A stretch of 64,000 bases of DNA. Origin: Eledone cirrhosa (Eukaryota). The position numbers were made by a program, and so were the translations under genes. Of the stretch, positions 1-15,588 are shown piece after piece. Each line of letters starts with the position of its first letter. Within the stretch, counting starts at the first letter, position 1. The DNA lies in the NCBI GenBank assembly GCA_964016885.1, contig OZ024746.1, forward strand, positions 46,934,001 through 46,998,000. Direction: 5' to 3'. The notes below the pieces were generated by a model. That model was not told the DNA's origin. It made no database searches and saw only the letters and a list, made by a program, of their open reading frames with translations.

Positions 1-820
1 CGTGGTGTTGATTCTCCCTCATTACACCCTTTTCCGCCTCCTTCCCACACTTTCACACTACGTATCCCTCTTTACCCCTCTTCCCTACTTTTCCCTATTT
101 CTTTAACCTGCTGTCTTCCTTCCTCTTTTCCATCCTTCCTTCCCTTGATATTTTTCCTCCCCTTCTTCCACTTCTGCCTCTTCCGACCCACTCTCCCCCC
201 CCCTTACTCCACTTCCTACCCTCTTTCTCTCTTTCTTGATTTCACCCACCACTTTACCTACCATTTTACCCACTATGAGTATTTTACCCACAATTTTACC
301 CAATATTATCATTTTCCCTACCACTTTACACACAATAATCATTTTACCCACCTTTTGCCCATTGAAATCGTTTTACCGACCATTTTAGCCACAATAATTA
401 TTTTTACCCACCATTTACCCACAATAATCCTTTCTTTATTCGGGGTGATCCGTTTTATATTTGGGGGGGGGGCGTTTTTTATTCGGGGGGATCCATTTTT
501 TATTTGAAGGGGGACGTTTTTTATTTGGGGGGATCCGTTTTTTATTTGAGGGGGGGGGGGGGGCGTTTTTATTTGGGGGGATCCGTTTTTTATTTGAGGG
601 GGGGGGGCGGTTTTTTACCCACAATAATCATTTTACCGACAACTTGACCCACAATAAACATTTTACCCACCTTTTACCCACAATAATCATATTACCCACT
701 ATTTACCCATAATAATTATTTTACGCACCATTTACCCACAATAATCCTTTTTCTATTGGGGGGAGGGTCCGTTTTGTATTTCGGGGGATCCGTTTTTTGG
801 GGGGGGGGTTATTTGGGGAA
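1..820. repeat. Low-complexity degenerate minisatellite (TTTTACCCACAATAATCA-like units, G-run GGGGATCCGTTTT units)
   Basis: Repeated ttttacccacaataat at ~280-430 and 610-750; G-run units at 440-610 and 755-815; homopolymer-rich, may be poorly polished sequence. Confidence 0.75.
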
Positions 821-1183
821 TGTATGTATGTTTGTGTGAATGTATGTGTATTTGTGTGAATTATGTCCGTGAGGATGTATTTTTATAAGTTTGTGTTTGC
901 GCGATTATAGTTATATACTCATAATAGTTATATACTCATACATATAGATGTATGTATGTGCACACTCATACGCGTCAGTGTGTAGAAAATCGTAATCTCT
1001 CTATCTCTCTCATCACAAACTCTCTCTCTCTTTCTATATATATGGTAGTTGAAGTGGTGGTCGTGGCGACGATATACCGGAAGTGGAACTTTGAAAAGAA
1101 GTCAATTTTAAATTATTTATTAATACGAAATTATTTATTTACGAAATTTAGCACATAAATTATGTTATATTCATTCATTCGAA

Positions 1184-1433
1184 CTGAGTTCAAATCCCAC
1201 CGAAGTTAACTTTGCCTTTCATCCTTACGGGGTCGATAAAATAAAGTACCAGTAATGTACTGGGTAATTGCTGGCCTTGTGCCAAAAGTAGAAACAATTA
1301 TTTATTCAAATTTCAAATCCAGCCAAGGTTAACTTTGCCTTTCATCCTTACGGGGTCGATAAAATAAAGTACCAGTAATACACTGGGTAATTGCTGGCCT
1401 TGTGCCAAAAGTAGAAACAATTATTTATTCAAA
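1184..1433 (+). mobile_element. Two tandem 5'-truncated copies of the dominant tRNA-derived SINE
   Basis: gttcaaatcc...ttaactttgcctttcatccttacggggtcgataaaataaagtaccagt...ggccttgtgccaaaagtagaaacaatta at 1184-1300 and 1311-1423. Confidence 0.85.
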
Positions 1434-3543
1434 GTAATCCAATTTATTTTACTAACTGGATTAAAAGAAATAAACCGTACGCAGCCATTGCTTTATTATA
1501 GTTTAGATTGTTACTGTTCTTCGATTCAGCTAGCTACTAATATTTCCATACAGACTTTTAGATTTTGATTATTTATTCATTTAATTTAGGGATATATTAG
1601 CCTGTGTTGGCACAGGCTAATATATCGATCATGAGGCACTTGTTTTCCTGGTGGCCCACGTTAACTAGATTCGGTCAATTGTTTTTTTCTTGAGATCATT
1701 ATCTGTATTGATTGATATATCCCAGAGTAAAAATTGTTCGAAATCTTTTCTAATACATTTTTCAACCAGCTCCTTTCGGTCGGTATTTCATAGGTCGGGT
1801 ATAAATGGAAGTACAAAAAAGCAGCAACTATCAAACGACTGTAAACATATTCTCTGGGCCTACGTGAGGATGGCAAGCAACGATGGAATTAATGTTTCCT
1901 AATCTGACGCTGCTTATTATATTATTTGTACTACTTCTTTGATTGACATAACCTCCCATGTTTATCCATTTGCGACACTCATTAGTGCTGCATTGTTTTT
2001 CATTTCATTTTTAACGGAATTTTTCTTAAAATTATTTCGAAGTGAAATGAAGATGTTAGGTTTGTTATAATTAGTTTTCATATTAGTAAGACCATTATGA
2101 AAATAATTTTAACATTGTGACATTAATATAGCTTATATTATTTTCATTTTCATTTTACGGTACCAAAACAAAGCTAGACTACCAACAAGCAAAGTTACAA
2201 GCAAAACCATAGAACAGATTTAAGAACATGAATATCGACTAAAATCATACAGTACAATAACGAAAGCAACAATAAAAAAGTATGCAAACACTACAATAGT
2301 TACAACAAAACATTAAAGACAACTACAAGAATAAAAACAGTATCAACAGAAAAAGCAGCAGCATCAACAGGAACGACTAAAAATACAACTCTTCCTTCTA
2401 CGAAAAACCAACAGTAAGTTGATGGAGAACATAAGACGGTAACGATATCCCAAAAGATAAGCAGGGTTTTGACAACCTCGTCTTAAAATCAGAGAGACTG
2501 TTGGTATGGCATAATTCTGACATAACTAGCGTCGTAGATAGGCTTGAACACTGATTTGGCTGCAGGCTTATTTTTTCCTTGGTGAACCCTGCGTAGTCAA
2601 AGACATGTTAAATCGTTTCTACCCCAAATCCATATATTTAGTTACTTAATGTATTAACCTTCGTTACATGTATTTGAACGCTTCTGGGGAGAATGTCTTA
2701 ATCTTGTGGCAGAATCTGTTTTGCGTCCTGTAATTGTTTTGTCTGTTCGGGTTTGTTTTCGGATATTAAACAGAGACGCTTACTATTCCACCGTTTTATC
2801 ATAATTCTCTCTAAGTCCTTTTAGAGTTTGTATTTTCTATTTGTAACAAGCAGACGTTATTAACTGAGGCTGCACAAATATGTATATAAACAAATATATC
2901 AAAGGTATATATTGAGTTAGAAACTCAAAATAGTCTCTTACAATAAAATAGATCTAGGAAAGAGATTTTTCCGAACCGTATATTATAACTGAATATTATA
3001 ACTGAATATGAGCAAGAATTGGTATTCCTCTTCACAATTAATTTTGCGAAACAGCATTATAAAAGCTGTCCGGGTGATTGGTAGTTACCACAATTCCGGT
3101 TTGTATTTACTTTCTTGATTTATTCTTAAATTGAGTCTGGCAAACCCTATTGTCTATAGTTAGTATTCTTTTCACCTTAGCGAATCTGGTCGCTTACGAT
3201 TTTAACACATATATGTATATGTCTGTGTTCGTTTTTCTTTTATATTCAGTTATAATATAAACAAATATAGACATTTTTAATATAGAGACATTTTATCAAT
3301 TTTCGAACATAGTTATGTCTTTTTGTTTGGATGATATACACACCTTCAGATGGAGACCCAATTAGGTCCTAAATTCGATTAATGATCTTTTCAATTTAAT
3401 TTACAAGGAAATTCTTATTTCCGGTATGTTTGCATGCCTATATACTAAAAATGTTTTACTGGTTCTGACAATAATGCTTTACGGTTAATATAGAATTATA
3501 GATACTATGAAAGCCATTTAGACACACACACACACACACGCAC

Positions 3544-3607
<64 letters not shown>

Positions 3608-3747
3608 ACACAACCGCATCTACGAATACACATACGTACTATATCATATGTGTGTGTGTGTATGTATGTAAAATATATATAAATGTATAAATTTACATAT
3701 ATATATATTTATATATACAATTGTATTTATACATATACAAATATATG

Positions 3748-3801
<54 letters not shown>

Positions 3802-5153
3802 CGTGTGTGTGTGAGTGTGTGTGCGTTTGTCTGTGTGTGAGTGTGTGTTTCCGATACGTTACAGATGTATCGGGTCAAGCCAAGACTAACTTATTATTAA
3901 CACTTGACCAGTGTATTCAAATCAGCATAGTCTATCATTTTAACCTATTCAAGCAGAGTGTTGTTTCATGATACATAGCCAAGTACAGGCGGCTTGTGGT
4001 CTGGCATTATTTTAAAGATATTAGCTAGGTCAAATTTTCAGTATGTTCGTATCAGTGGCTCTGGTTGATTGATTTCAGGACGATGCCGAATTGATGTAAA
4101 CCAATCGAGGTAAAATAGTTGTAAAGTATTCTGATGATATGTTAGAATATTGATTTCCCTCCTCAGTACACAGAATCATTCGATTTTGTGAACGATGTTG
4201 CTACGAATGTGTGGGTCTGTCTAAAGAGTTATGTGACTATATGACGTGTCCTGTACATGTATATGTGCGCATCTAAGTATGCATCTGCTCTAAACCCCAT
4301 ATATACACATTCAAGAATATACGTACATGCACAATTTCATACACATATCCGTTGATATTTACAAACTGGAGTAAAGTACTTGCTACCATACAAGAGTGAG
4401 AACATTTATTTCGGTTCTTTTAGTAGTATGGTATTTTCCAGCATACAGTCGTTTCCTTTAAAATAAAAAATAATTATTTCTTCCTGTCGGAGGAAGAACC
4501 GGTTTCAAGTAGTAGAAATTCAAGTGTACCAGATAAATAAATAAGCCGAAATATATTTATCGGCTTAATATGAGTAAGTTCTTGACTTTGAATTTATTGT
4601 AATCTTTCAGAGCAAGTTGCTGACTCATCACCTGTTTTGGCGGCGTTGAATTGTGAATGCAATATATTTTTTTCAAACAGGTCCCTCTCCCTAAGTCCCG
4701 TACGAGTACATTGTTATCCCGCGTGATTGATAATGCGTTATGATAGCTTTTATTGTATCTAACCATTGAGCATTTTTTCGTGGCCTTGTACGCACCAGTC
4801 ACGAATTTGGTCATTTTCTCAAACCTGCAAAGTATAGACTATCTTTAAAAATCTATATATATTAGGAAAATATAAACAATATCACTCTATCTACCTACAC
4901 TCTCTATTTATCTATCCATCTATCTCTGTGTATGATTGTCTAGGTATCCTTTTGTCTGTCCATCCAACTAGCTATATATATATATATCATTCAAAATGTT
5001 AATAAATGAAAAATATTCTCAGAATCAAAATATATATTTTATTATACATATTTCAAAGGTACAATGGTTTTTAAGTACATTTTCATCAGACAAAATATAA
5101 GATGTGATATGTGACATACCGCTACGGTTTTGATTATTGAATTCCAATATTGG

Positions 5154-5272
<119 letters not shown>

Positions 5273-5360
5273 AACGTGCAGTTACTGTAGGTTCATCCGA
5301 GTGAGCACGCGATGCGTAGTTTCCAGTCTGTAAAGAGGTGTAGTGCTAAGCAGAGCGTAA

Positions 5361-5638
5361 ATATAATAATAAAAGGATGATTTGTTATGTCATCATTACG
5401 TTTATTGAGTGGTGACGCACGTTTCGATCAGCTCAAGGTTTGATCTGTATTGATCTAGCCCGACTCTGGAATCAAAATATTATTTCTGTTAAAGAGCTTG
5501 TGGTAGTCGGGCTACATCGATAGAGATCGAACAGATAGAACTTCGAGACGATCAATATCGAAACGCGCGTCACTACTCAATAAAAACATAATGAATTGTC
5601 ATCAATTGACATAACAAATTGTCCTTTTATTATATATA
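5361..5638. mobile_element. Imperfect foldback element carrying an HHR 3'-half motif on each arm
   Basis: Arms ataataaaaggatga...attgagtggtgacgcacgtttcga / tcgaaacgcgcgtcactactcaat...tccttttattat; inner stem tagcccgact/agtcgggcta. Confidence 0.7.
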
Positions 5639-5644
5639 TCTTGG

Positions 5645-6330
5645 TTGTCCATCGTAAACGATGATGACATCTTCTTTATTGTTGTTCCCGTCTGCCGTGG
5701 GCACGAAGGTGGCTGTGGAGGCCGATCCTTGATTTGCAGATCCGGGGACAGTAGGGACAGGGGAAGAGACCGGAGTCAGATTGGCAACTCCCAGAGGTTA
5801 CCTCCACCTCTCGGCCATCGCCGAAGGGCTTTGGGAGTGCACGCTAAAGAAGAAACCTGTGCGGGAAAGGTTTATAGTGGGAGGGCCAGTGCACAGTGAC
5901 GGTCCCACTCACTCGGCCGCAGAAGCCAGAATCCGGTGGTACGGAGGACCGTCACGACCAGGGACTTCCTTGGCTGCAGTGGATGGTCACGACGTCTGTA
6001 GTGCCTTGCCATGCCCTAGCGCTCCACACCGCTTGCTGTCGCCGCTTTGTGACCGTTCGGACGATGTTGTCTTCCTCCACTCACTCCGCGGGGTCCAGTC
6101 TTCGCATGCAGGGGCAGGCATCCTCTATCTAACTCACCGGGCGGTTTCAGACCCGTCCGGCTACCCTCAACATTGTTCGGCCCGCCAACCAAGGCGGTTT
6201 ACCGGGGTGTGGCCGCTGTCGCATGCTACAGCTTCTTGGGGCCACAGGTGAGAGCTGAGTGTCAGGTGGGACCCAATGCAGGATGAGCTGTCCTGAAATG
6301 GGTATGGCTAGCCCTCCCTACAGAGGTACA
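5645..6330 (+). pseudogene. GC-rich degenerate retroelement fragment, possibly non-LTR ORF1 with eroded zinc knuckle
   Basis: Abrupt GC-rich island; near 6220-6262 frames read CYS..G(H)..VRAEC, resembling CX2CX4HX4C; no clean ORF. Confidence 0.3.
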
Positions 6331-7628
6331 TGCCCCTCCCTGATATACATATCAGGGCATATACATATGAATATACATACACATACATATATACATGTGT
6401 ATATATACATATTTACACAATTTTGGATGGCCGTTGACTCTTATGAGTTCTTCCGCCCTTTGTCAGGTTTGGCTTTTATATATACATATATAGAGACAGA
6501 CATATGAAAGCGTGCATACTGATGTTATTGTTTGTTTGTAAATTTACAGGTACAAAAATAATACCATTTGCTAATGGGATGGTTCCATGCGTGATTCAGA
6601 GCCGTATTCATTAGATGTGTCTTGGTTGACTGCTACTCGATATTCGACAAGCAAAGTGGTAATTCATGCTGTCCAGATGCGTACCCCTCATATTAATGTT
6701 CTTTGTGTTATTCTTATGGTTTATTGTTACTGTTAATTTAGTTTAGTTTAATGCTGGCCAAGATGAATATTGCTGACGGAAGTTTTCGTTTTGAATAGTT
6801 TTATTCATCAAAAAATTTCATTTTTTATTTATTAGCCAATAAAAAGCCACAATACTGCAAATATGAACATTTAACCTTGTACTATAAATATCTGTGTATA
6901 ATATTATATAATGCACACATGCAGCTGTTTTAATTCACGAACATTCTTACTGAAAGACATGTCCATCCTCGTTTATATACAACAATCCATTCATTTCACA
7001 CTGCTCCATCATTACTGCTGATCGTTATTTTGATGCGATGTTCATTATATATTTGGTTGCTTTTTAGCAAGGTGTATCTATTTTATCTTCTTTCATCTGC
7101 TTATTGCTTGTTTGCGTGATGCTCTAGCTGTCGGTTGTCAAGTTCCTTAAATGTAACAATAAAATCAGATAGTGCTGATTGTCACGAAACGAATGAAAAT
7201 ATCTGTAATTGTTTGTATTGTGACCAATAAGAATTACGCCATTGATTACAGCAAAGAGTTAATGTATCTTTGATGTAATATTCATTGCTTTACTGTCTGG
7301 ACGCATTACTGTGGGCAATTATTTATTTTAGCATAGTGTAGTAATATATATTCGTTAAATCGTCGATGTTTTATTACGTCTTCCTAATGTTTGGTAACTA
7401 CAGATAACTGTGCGTGTTAATTGCAAAGTTTACGAAATGAGATATAACATTCGTTTAGAAGTATCGAAGTTTCGCTCACATCTTTAGAATTTCCAACGAT
7501 TAATAGCATCTTCCTATTGTACATTTATATATGCACCTGATATTTCTATACATACAAACAAACAGACATACAAACGCACACACACACACGCACACAAGTA
7601 CACACTCTTAAACACACAACTCACACAT

Positions 7629-7730
7629 ACTCGAGGGTTGGCTGAAAGGTTCATAGGCTGACTATGAAGAAGTGATGCTAGAGATGTGAAATGTTGCATG
7701 CATTAATTTCAACTCTTCTTATTAACTGTA
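7629..7730 (+). mobile_element. Truncated mariner-type MITE (same family as 44971-45171)
   Basis: tactcgagggttggctgaaaggttcataggctgactatgaag...ttaatttcaactcttcttatta matches the left part of 44971-45065. Confidence 0.7.
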
Positions 7731-7733
7731 CAA

Positions 7734-7852
<119 letters not shown>

Positions 7853-7949
7853 TTGAGGTTGGTAATGGCACATGGAATATATAAGAGACAGAATACTTTT
7901 TTGTGAAAAAACATAATTTTATAAGGTAAGGAAATAATAAAGGGTATAA

Positions 7950-7997
7950 AAAATGACCGGTTTCGATGGGTCTGCAAAAGCCATCTTTTCAAATGTT
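7950..7997 (-). ncRNA. Minimal type I hammerhead ribozyme (U3-A8 core variant)
   Basis: Reverse complement of 10482-10529. Confidence 0.7.
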
Positions 7998-8517
7998 GAT
8001 TAATATTAAGAAAAATTAATAATAAGAAGAGTTAAAATTTGAGATTTGAAAATTCAAGTATAAAATTCATTGTGGGATTTCATAGTAGTTTTCATCTTGG
8101 TACCAGCAAGTTGACTGCTGTGTGCCTTTCTGGTAGTGAATGAGAAGTTATTTGGGGGTGTGGGTTATTTTATAAAGGTCAGATTTAGCAATGGCCAGAT
8201 GGCCAGCTGCTGGTCAGTGAGGGGGTGGAAGCAATATACATACAAATATCTCCCTGTGGTCGGTAGGAGAGGGGAGAGTGATAGAAAGGGATTTAGTGCA
8301 CTTAAACCTATATATACACACATACCTTCATCCACACATACATACATATACATATACATACACATATATATATATATACATATATATACATATACACACA
8401 TACATACACACACACATACATATACATACACACATACACACACACATATATACACATACACACACATATATATATACACACACACATATATATACATACA
8501 CATACATCCAGATACAC

Positions 8518-8569
<52 letters not shown>

Positions 8570-8713
8570 GTGTACATACACATATATACACACATATACA
8601 TACACATATATATATATATACACACACCCACACATACATACACATACACACATATATATACATACACACATACAAACACACACACACACATATATATATA
8701 CACATACACACAC

Positions 8714-8746
<33 letters not shown>

Positions 8747-8890
8747 TATATATATACACATACGCATACATCCAGATACACACATACATACACACACACA
8801 CACACACACACGAACACACAATACAGTACATCCACATGCACACACATACACACATACACACACATATACACATACATACACCCACACAGT

Positions 8891-9376
8891 AAAAGACAAC
8901 CCAAATCACTAAAACGCATTCTCACTGGACCAAATATACCCAAACCAATCCTCAAGCCTACAGTTACCAAATGTGGTAGAACAAACTGTGGAACGTGCCT
9001 CTACCTCACTGAAGGACAAAAATTTACATTTAAAGATGGCCAAACATTTACAGTAAAAAACAATTTCACCTGCAACTCGGAGAACTTGATTTACGCAATA
9101 ACTTGCGGTGGTTGCAAACACAACTACATAGGACAGACGGGCACCTCATTACGCAAAAGAATGACCATCCACCGCCAACAAATCCGGGACGCTAACACAA
9201 GAAAAATCCCCTTGAGCAGCCATATTGCGAACTGCGCAGGAATGAAACTACCCAACTTTAAAATCTTCCCCTTCTACAAGTGCTCAGATTCGTTCACACA
9301 GCAACAAAGAATAAACAAAGAAAATCTATTCCTTAACAAATTTAAACCAAAACTAAACGGGTTATCACCCCAATAG
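8891..9376 (+). pseudogene. PLE GIY-YIG endonuclease domain (open frame, no RT, no genuine start)
   Basis: KRQPKSLKRILT..KCGRTNCGTC..FTCNSENLIYAITCGGCKHNYIGQTGTSLRKRMTIHR..SSH..KE..KPKLN; the upstream part of the 268-aa ORF is CA microsatellite. Confidence 0.88.
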
Positions 9377-9909
9377 AATTGTCATAAAATATAAACACAC
9401 ATACGCACAGAGTGACAGATATATGTGTTTGTATGTGTGCATGTATATAATTATCACTACTATTAAAGACCAGAGACCAATTCTGTAGAATCAGGTTTAT
9501 TCGTTGACAGACCATGCCTTTGTGTGACCAACACATCCATGTTAAACCCTGCACGTGCACACACATATATCTATATATATATGTGCACACAGAATTCACC
9601 ACTGTCGGTTGCGGGGCCCAATCTACATAAAGAACTCAATGTGATCAGAATGACTTGTATTTTAATTTCACTGTCCTAACTTCTTATATTATGGAAAAAT
9701 ATATGTGTATGTATGTATATATATATATTTGGAGGCCATTTCTCTGTGTGTGGGTGTATGTATGTGTATATATGTGTGTGTGTGTGTGTGTATGTGTGTG
9801 CATGTGGATGTATGTATTGTGTGTGTGTGTATGTATGTATCTGGATGTATGCGTATGTGTATATATATATGTGTGTGTGTGTATATATATATATATGTGT
9901 GTGTATGTG

Positions 9910-9950
<41 letters not shown>

Positions 9951-10079
9951 ATGTGTGTATCTGGATGTATGTGTATGTATATATATGTGCGTGTGTGTAT
10001 ATATATATGTGTGTGTATGTGTATATATGTGTGTTTGCATGTGTGTATGTATATGTATGTGTGTGTGTATGTATGTGTG

Positions 10080-10122
<43 letters not shown>

Positions 10123-10481
10123 ATGTATATGTATATGTATGTATGTGTGGATGAAGGTATGTGTGCATATATAGGTGTAAGTGCACTAAATCCCTTTCTA
10201 TCACTCTCCCCTCTCCTACCGACCACAGGGAGATATATGTATGTATATTGCTTCCACCCCCTCACTGACCAGCAGCTGGCCATCTGGCCATTGCTAAAGC
10301 TGACCTTTATAAAATAACCCACACCCCCAAATAACTTCTAATTCACTACCAGAAAGGCACACAGCAGTCAACTTGCTGCTACCAAGATGAAAACTACTAT
10401 GAAATCTCACAATGAATTTTATACTTGAATTTTCAAATCTCAAATTTTAACTCTTCTTATTAATTTTTATTAATATTAATC

Positions 10482-10529
10482 AACATTTGAAAAGATGGCT
10501 TTTGCAGACCCATCGAAACCGGTCATTTT
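10482..10529 (+). ncRNA. Minimal type I hammerhead ribozyme (U3-A8 core variant)
   Basis: aacat TTGAAAA GATGG-cttttgcagac-CCATC GAAAC CG GTC atttt; palindromic stem III ACCGGT; weak stem I. Confidence 0.7.
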
Positions 10530-10674
10530 TTATACCCTTTATTATTTCCTTACCTTATAAAATTATATGTTTTTTCACAAAAAAGTATTCTGTCTCTTAT
10601 ATATTCCATGTGCCATTACCAACCTCAATGTTCTCTATAACATTCGTTATGTGTAGAAAATTACACTTTTCATA

Positions 10675-10792
<118 letters not shown>

Positions 10793-10796
10793 TATG

Positions 10797-10937
10797 AGTC
10801 CAGAATTAGCCGTCAAAACGGCTTGAGCTCAGCTGTCGGGGTCTTACTGGTTCCTATTACCCACTCTACTACCTCAAGTATTGAGTACTTTGGTGCGTTA
10901 TTGTCCACCTGGTTCCTTACCACATTTCCTTCGTTAT
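10797..10937 (-). mobile_element. TA-inserted short element, AACGAAGGAAATGTGGTAAGG family
   Basis: Reverse complement of 26220-26360; flanked by (TA)n on both sides. Confidence 0.75.
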
Positions 10938-10939
10938 AC

Positions 10940-11054
<115 letters not shown>

Positions 11055-11094
11055 TATATATATATATATATATGCATATATATATATATATATA

Positions 11095-11596
11095 TTGGTA
11101 AACGGAATACAAAATGCTGACAAATTGTTCACAGTGAAAAATATTTTAATTAGGAATAAGTGATAATTAGTAATAGTATTGGTTAGTATTAAGTTTTGGT
11201 TTTAAGTTTTACCGGTTGCGCATTTCTAATGCTTTTCAAAAATAATTTTGAGATAGAGCGTCAGTGATGTTTGCGCTGATCTGATTAGTTTTGGTAATTC
11301 TACCTGTTTTTATGTTAAAAAAGTGGCTCCAGCGGTATTAAAATAAGTTTTGCGCCAATTCGTGTTGCAAAAATTCTTGTGGTCAAAACAATTTTGATTG
11401 GTCGGTAGAGGTCATGTGAATGTAAATAATTGATTTTGCGCCAAATGTAGGTTTGTGTCGGCTGACTGAGAGATAAGTCTTTCACAACAAATATGTGTGT
11501 GTGTGTGTGTGTAGTAGTAGTAAAGAGGTTCGATAATGGTCAGCAGGAATGTGTGTGCGAAACGCAACCTGTTGACAGTTCAAATGCCTATTAAGA

Positions 11597-11642
<46 letters not shown>

Positions 11643-13382
11643 TAGCAGGGTAATTCGTGGTAGAGGGATGGTCAGTAGGAATGTGTCTGTAAGTGTGTGG
11701 GGGATATTTTAACATGTTAAAAGATATTTTTTCAGCTCTTGTCTGATACGGAGAAGTGTGTGTGTATGTGTCTCTATGTCTCTGTGTATGTTAATGTACG
11801 CGTATGTATGTGTGTGTATATATGTGTGTGTGTGTGTGTGAGAGAGAGAATGTGTGTGTGTGTGGGGGGGGGGGGATCAGTATTTATTTCTGTTAAAATG
11901 GTGTACATTATTCGATATTTTCAGTAAAATCGATTCTCTCAATAGAACATCAAAAACCTTAATAATAAAAGGTGTGAAATGATATATAGTATTGGCATAA
12001 TACCAAGTTGTGTGTGAGTGTGTCCAGATTGTACGTACTGCAAGGGGGATCCATTAGGCCTTGCCGTATTGGAATACCTGTGCACAAATATGTATCTGGA
12101 GTGTGCCCAGAAATTGTATACCCGTGCACAAATTGTATACCTGTGCACAAATTGTACACATGTATCTGGAGTGTGTCCAAAAATTGTATACCTATGCACA
12201 AATATGTATCTGGAGTGTGTCCAGATTGTACGTACTGCAAGGGGAATTCATTAGGCCTTGCCGTATTGGAATACCTGTGCACAAATATGTATGTGCCCAT
12301 CAGTGTGCAATGCATGTGTGCATTTATGTATGTGTGTGTGTCGGCACGTTTATATCTATAGACATCAAAAGGTATGCAAATTTGTATATATTTGTGTTGC
12401 ACCATAGAACATGTATGTTTACGTATGTCATTGTGTTTATATGTGGGTAGAGATGTATGCTGATGTAGGTATGTATGTTGACGTGTGTATGTTGTGGGTT
12501 CGTCTTAGGGAGAAGTGTTCAGACGGGGTCCGTATTTGTTAATAAAGTGAGATTCCTTGTTGATGCGCTGGGTGTGGGTGGCATTATCTTTAAATTTGTA
12601 GAGGGGAAAGATTCTGAAGTTGTGATGATTCTTTCCCCTCTACAAATTTAAAGATAATGCCACCCACACCCAGCGCATCAGCAAGGAATCTTACTTCATT
12701 AACAAATACGGACGCCGTCTAAATACTTCTCCCTAAGACGAACCCACAACATACACACGTCAACATACATACCTACATCAGCATACATCTCTACCCACAT
12801 ATAAATACAATGACATACGGAAACACACATGTTCTATGGTGCAACACAAATATACACAAATTTGCATACCTTTTGATGTCTATAGATATAAACGTGCCGA
12901 CACACACACATACATAAATGCACACAATGCATTGCACACTGATGGGCACATACATATTTGTGCACAGGTATTCCAATACGGCAAGGCCTAATGAACTCCC
13001 CTTGCAGTACGTACAATCTGGACACACTCCAGATACATATTTATGCACAGGTATACAATTTCTGGACACACTCCAGATACATGTGTACAATTTGTGCACA
13101 GGTATACAATTTGTGCACGGGTATACAATTTCTGGGCACACTCCAGATACATATTTGTGCACAGGTATTCCAATACGGTAAGGCCTAATGGATCCCCCTT
13201 GCAGTACTTACAATCTGGACACACCTTGGTATTATGCCAATACTATAAATTATTTCACACCTTTTATTATTAAGGTTTTTGATGTTCTATTGAGAGAATC
13301 GATTTTACTGAAAATATCGAATAATGTACACCATTTTAACAGAAATAAATACTGATCCACCACCCCACACACACACACACAT

Positions 13383-13428
<46 letters not shown>

Positions 13429-13535
13429 CTCCGTATAAGACAAGAGCTGAAAAAATATCTTTTAAGATGTTAAAATATCCCCCACACACTTACAGACACA
13501 TTCCTACTGACCATCCCTCTACCACGAATTACTCT

Positions 13536-13575
<40 letters not shown>

Positions 13576-14082
13576 TCTTAATAGGCATTTGAACTGTCAA
13601 CAGACTGCAGTTCGCACACACATCCCTACTGACCATTATCACAACAACGAACCTTTTTACTACTACTATTACACACACACACATATTTGTTGTAAAAGAC
13701 TTATCTCTCAGTCAGCCGACACAAACCTACATTTGGCGCAAAATCAATTATTTACATTCACATGACCTCTACCGACCAATCAAAATTGTTTTGACCACAA
13801 GAATTTTTGCAACACGAATTGGCGCAAAACTTATTTTAATACCGCTGGAGCCACTTTTTAAACATAAAAACAGGTAGAATTCCGAAAACTAATCAGATCA
13901 GCGCAAACATCACGGACGCTCTAGCTCAAAATTATTTTTGAAAAGCATTAGAAATGTGCAACCGGTAAAACTTAAAACCAAAACTTAATACTAACCAATA
14001 CTATTACTAATTATCACTTATTCCGAATTAAACTATTTTTCACTGTGAACAATTTGTCAGCATTTTCTATTCCGTTTACCAA
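11095..14082. mobile_element. 3-kb foldback: two head-to-head 3' ends of a Neptune-like PLE
   Basis: Arms 11095-12611 and 12630-14082 are reverse complements (ttggtaaacggaat.../...attccgtttaccaa) with an 18-nt spacer; (TA)n at both ends; the centre encodes a GIY-YIG C-terminus. Confidence 0.9.
12505..12628 (-). pseudogene. C-terminal ~40 aa of PLE GIY-YIG (mirror copy at 12631-12736, +)
   Basis: HHNFRIFPLYKFKDNATHTQRINKESHFINKYGPRLNTSP*, aligning by eye with NFKIFPFYKCSDSFTQQQRINKENLFLNKFKPKLN at the end of the 8891-9376 frame. Confidence 0.8.
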
Positions 14083-14101
14083 TATATATATATATATATG
14101 C

Positions 14102-15206
<1,105 letters not shown>

Positions 15207-15223
15207 AATATATATATATATAG

Positions 15224-15352
<129 letters not shown>

Positions 15353-15360
15353 AATATATA

Positions 15361-15419
<59 letters not shown>

Positions 15420-15498
15420 ATATATACATTATGAAGAGAGAAGAAACATTTAGATACAATTAGTAATAAAATGTATCATGCCTAAACTGCTCCTAAAT

Positions 15499-15588
15499 TC
15501 CTCGACTACGTAGTTTCGTGGCATAAACAAAAACAATATATCATAAAGATATAGAGTCCCTGCAAGGTCTGCCGACTTATCAAGAGGA
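15499..15588 (-). ncRNA. Type I hammerhead ribozyme (595-nt family)
   Basis: tcctc TTGATAA GT(c)GGCA...TGCCAC GAAAC TACGTA GTC gagga. Confidence 0.82.

Noticed and set aside
3340-3380. HHR-like cagatgga gacc..ggtc ctaaa (also 30620-30640, 53795-53845, 61465-61505)
   Set aside because: Multiple core mismatches; at best eroded remnants
4630-4830. Possible minus-strand exon (ttgcag acceptor, open frame)
   Set aside because: No recognisable protein similarity or partner exons; cannot be supported without RNA-seq
11990-12300. Short repeats tgtgcacaaa/tgtatctggagtgtg resembling a CRISPR-like array
   Set aside because: Degenerate minisatellite within a PLE 3'UTR; no unique spacers; eukaryotic context
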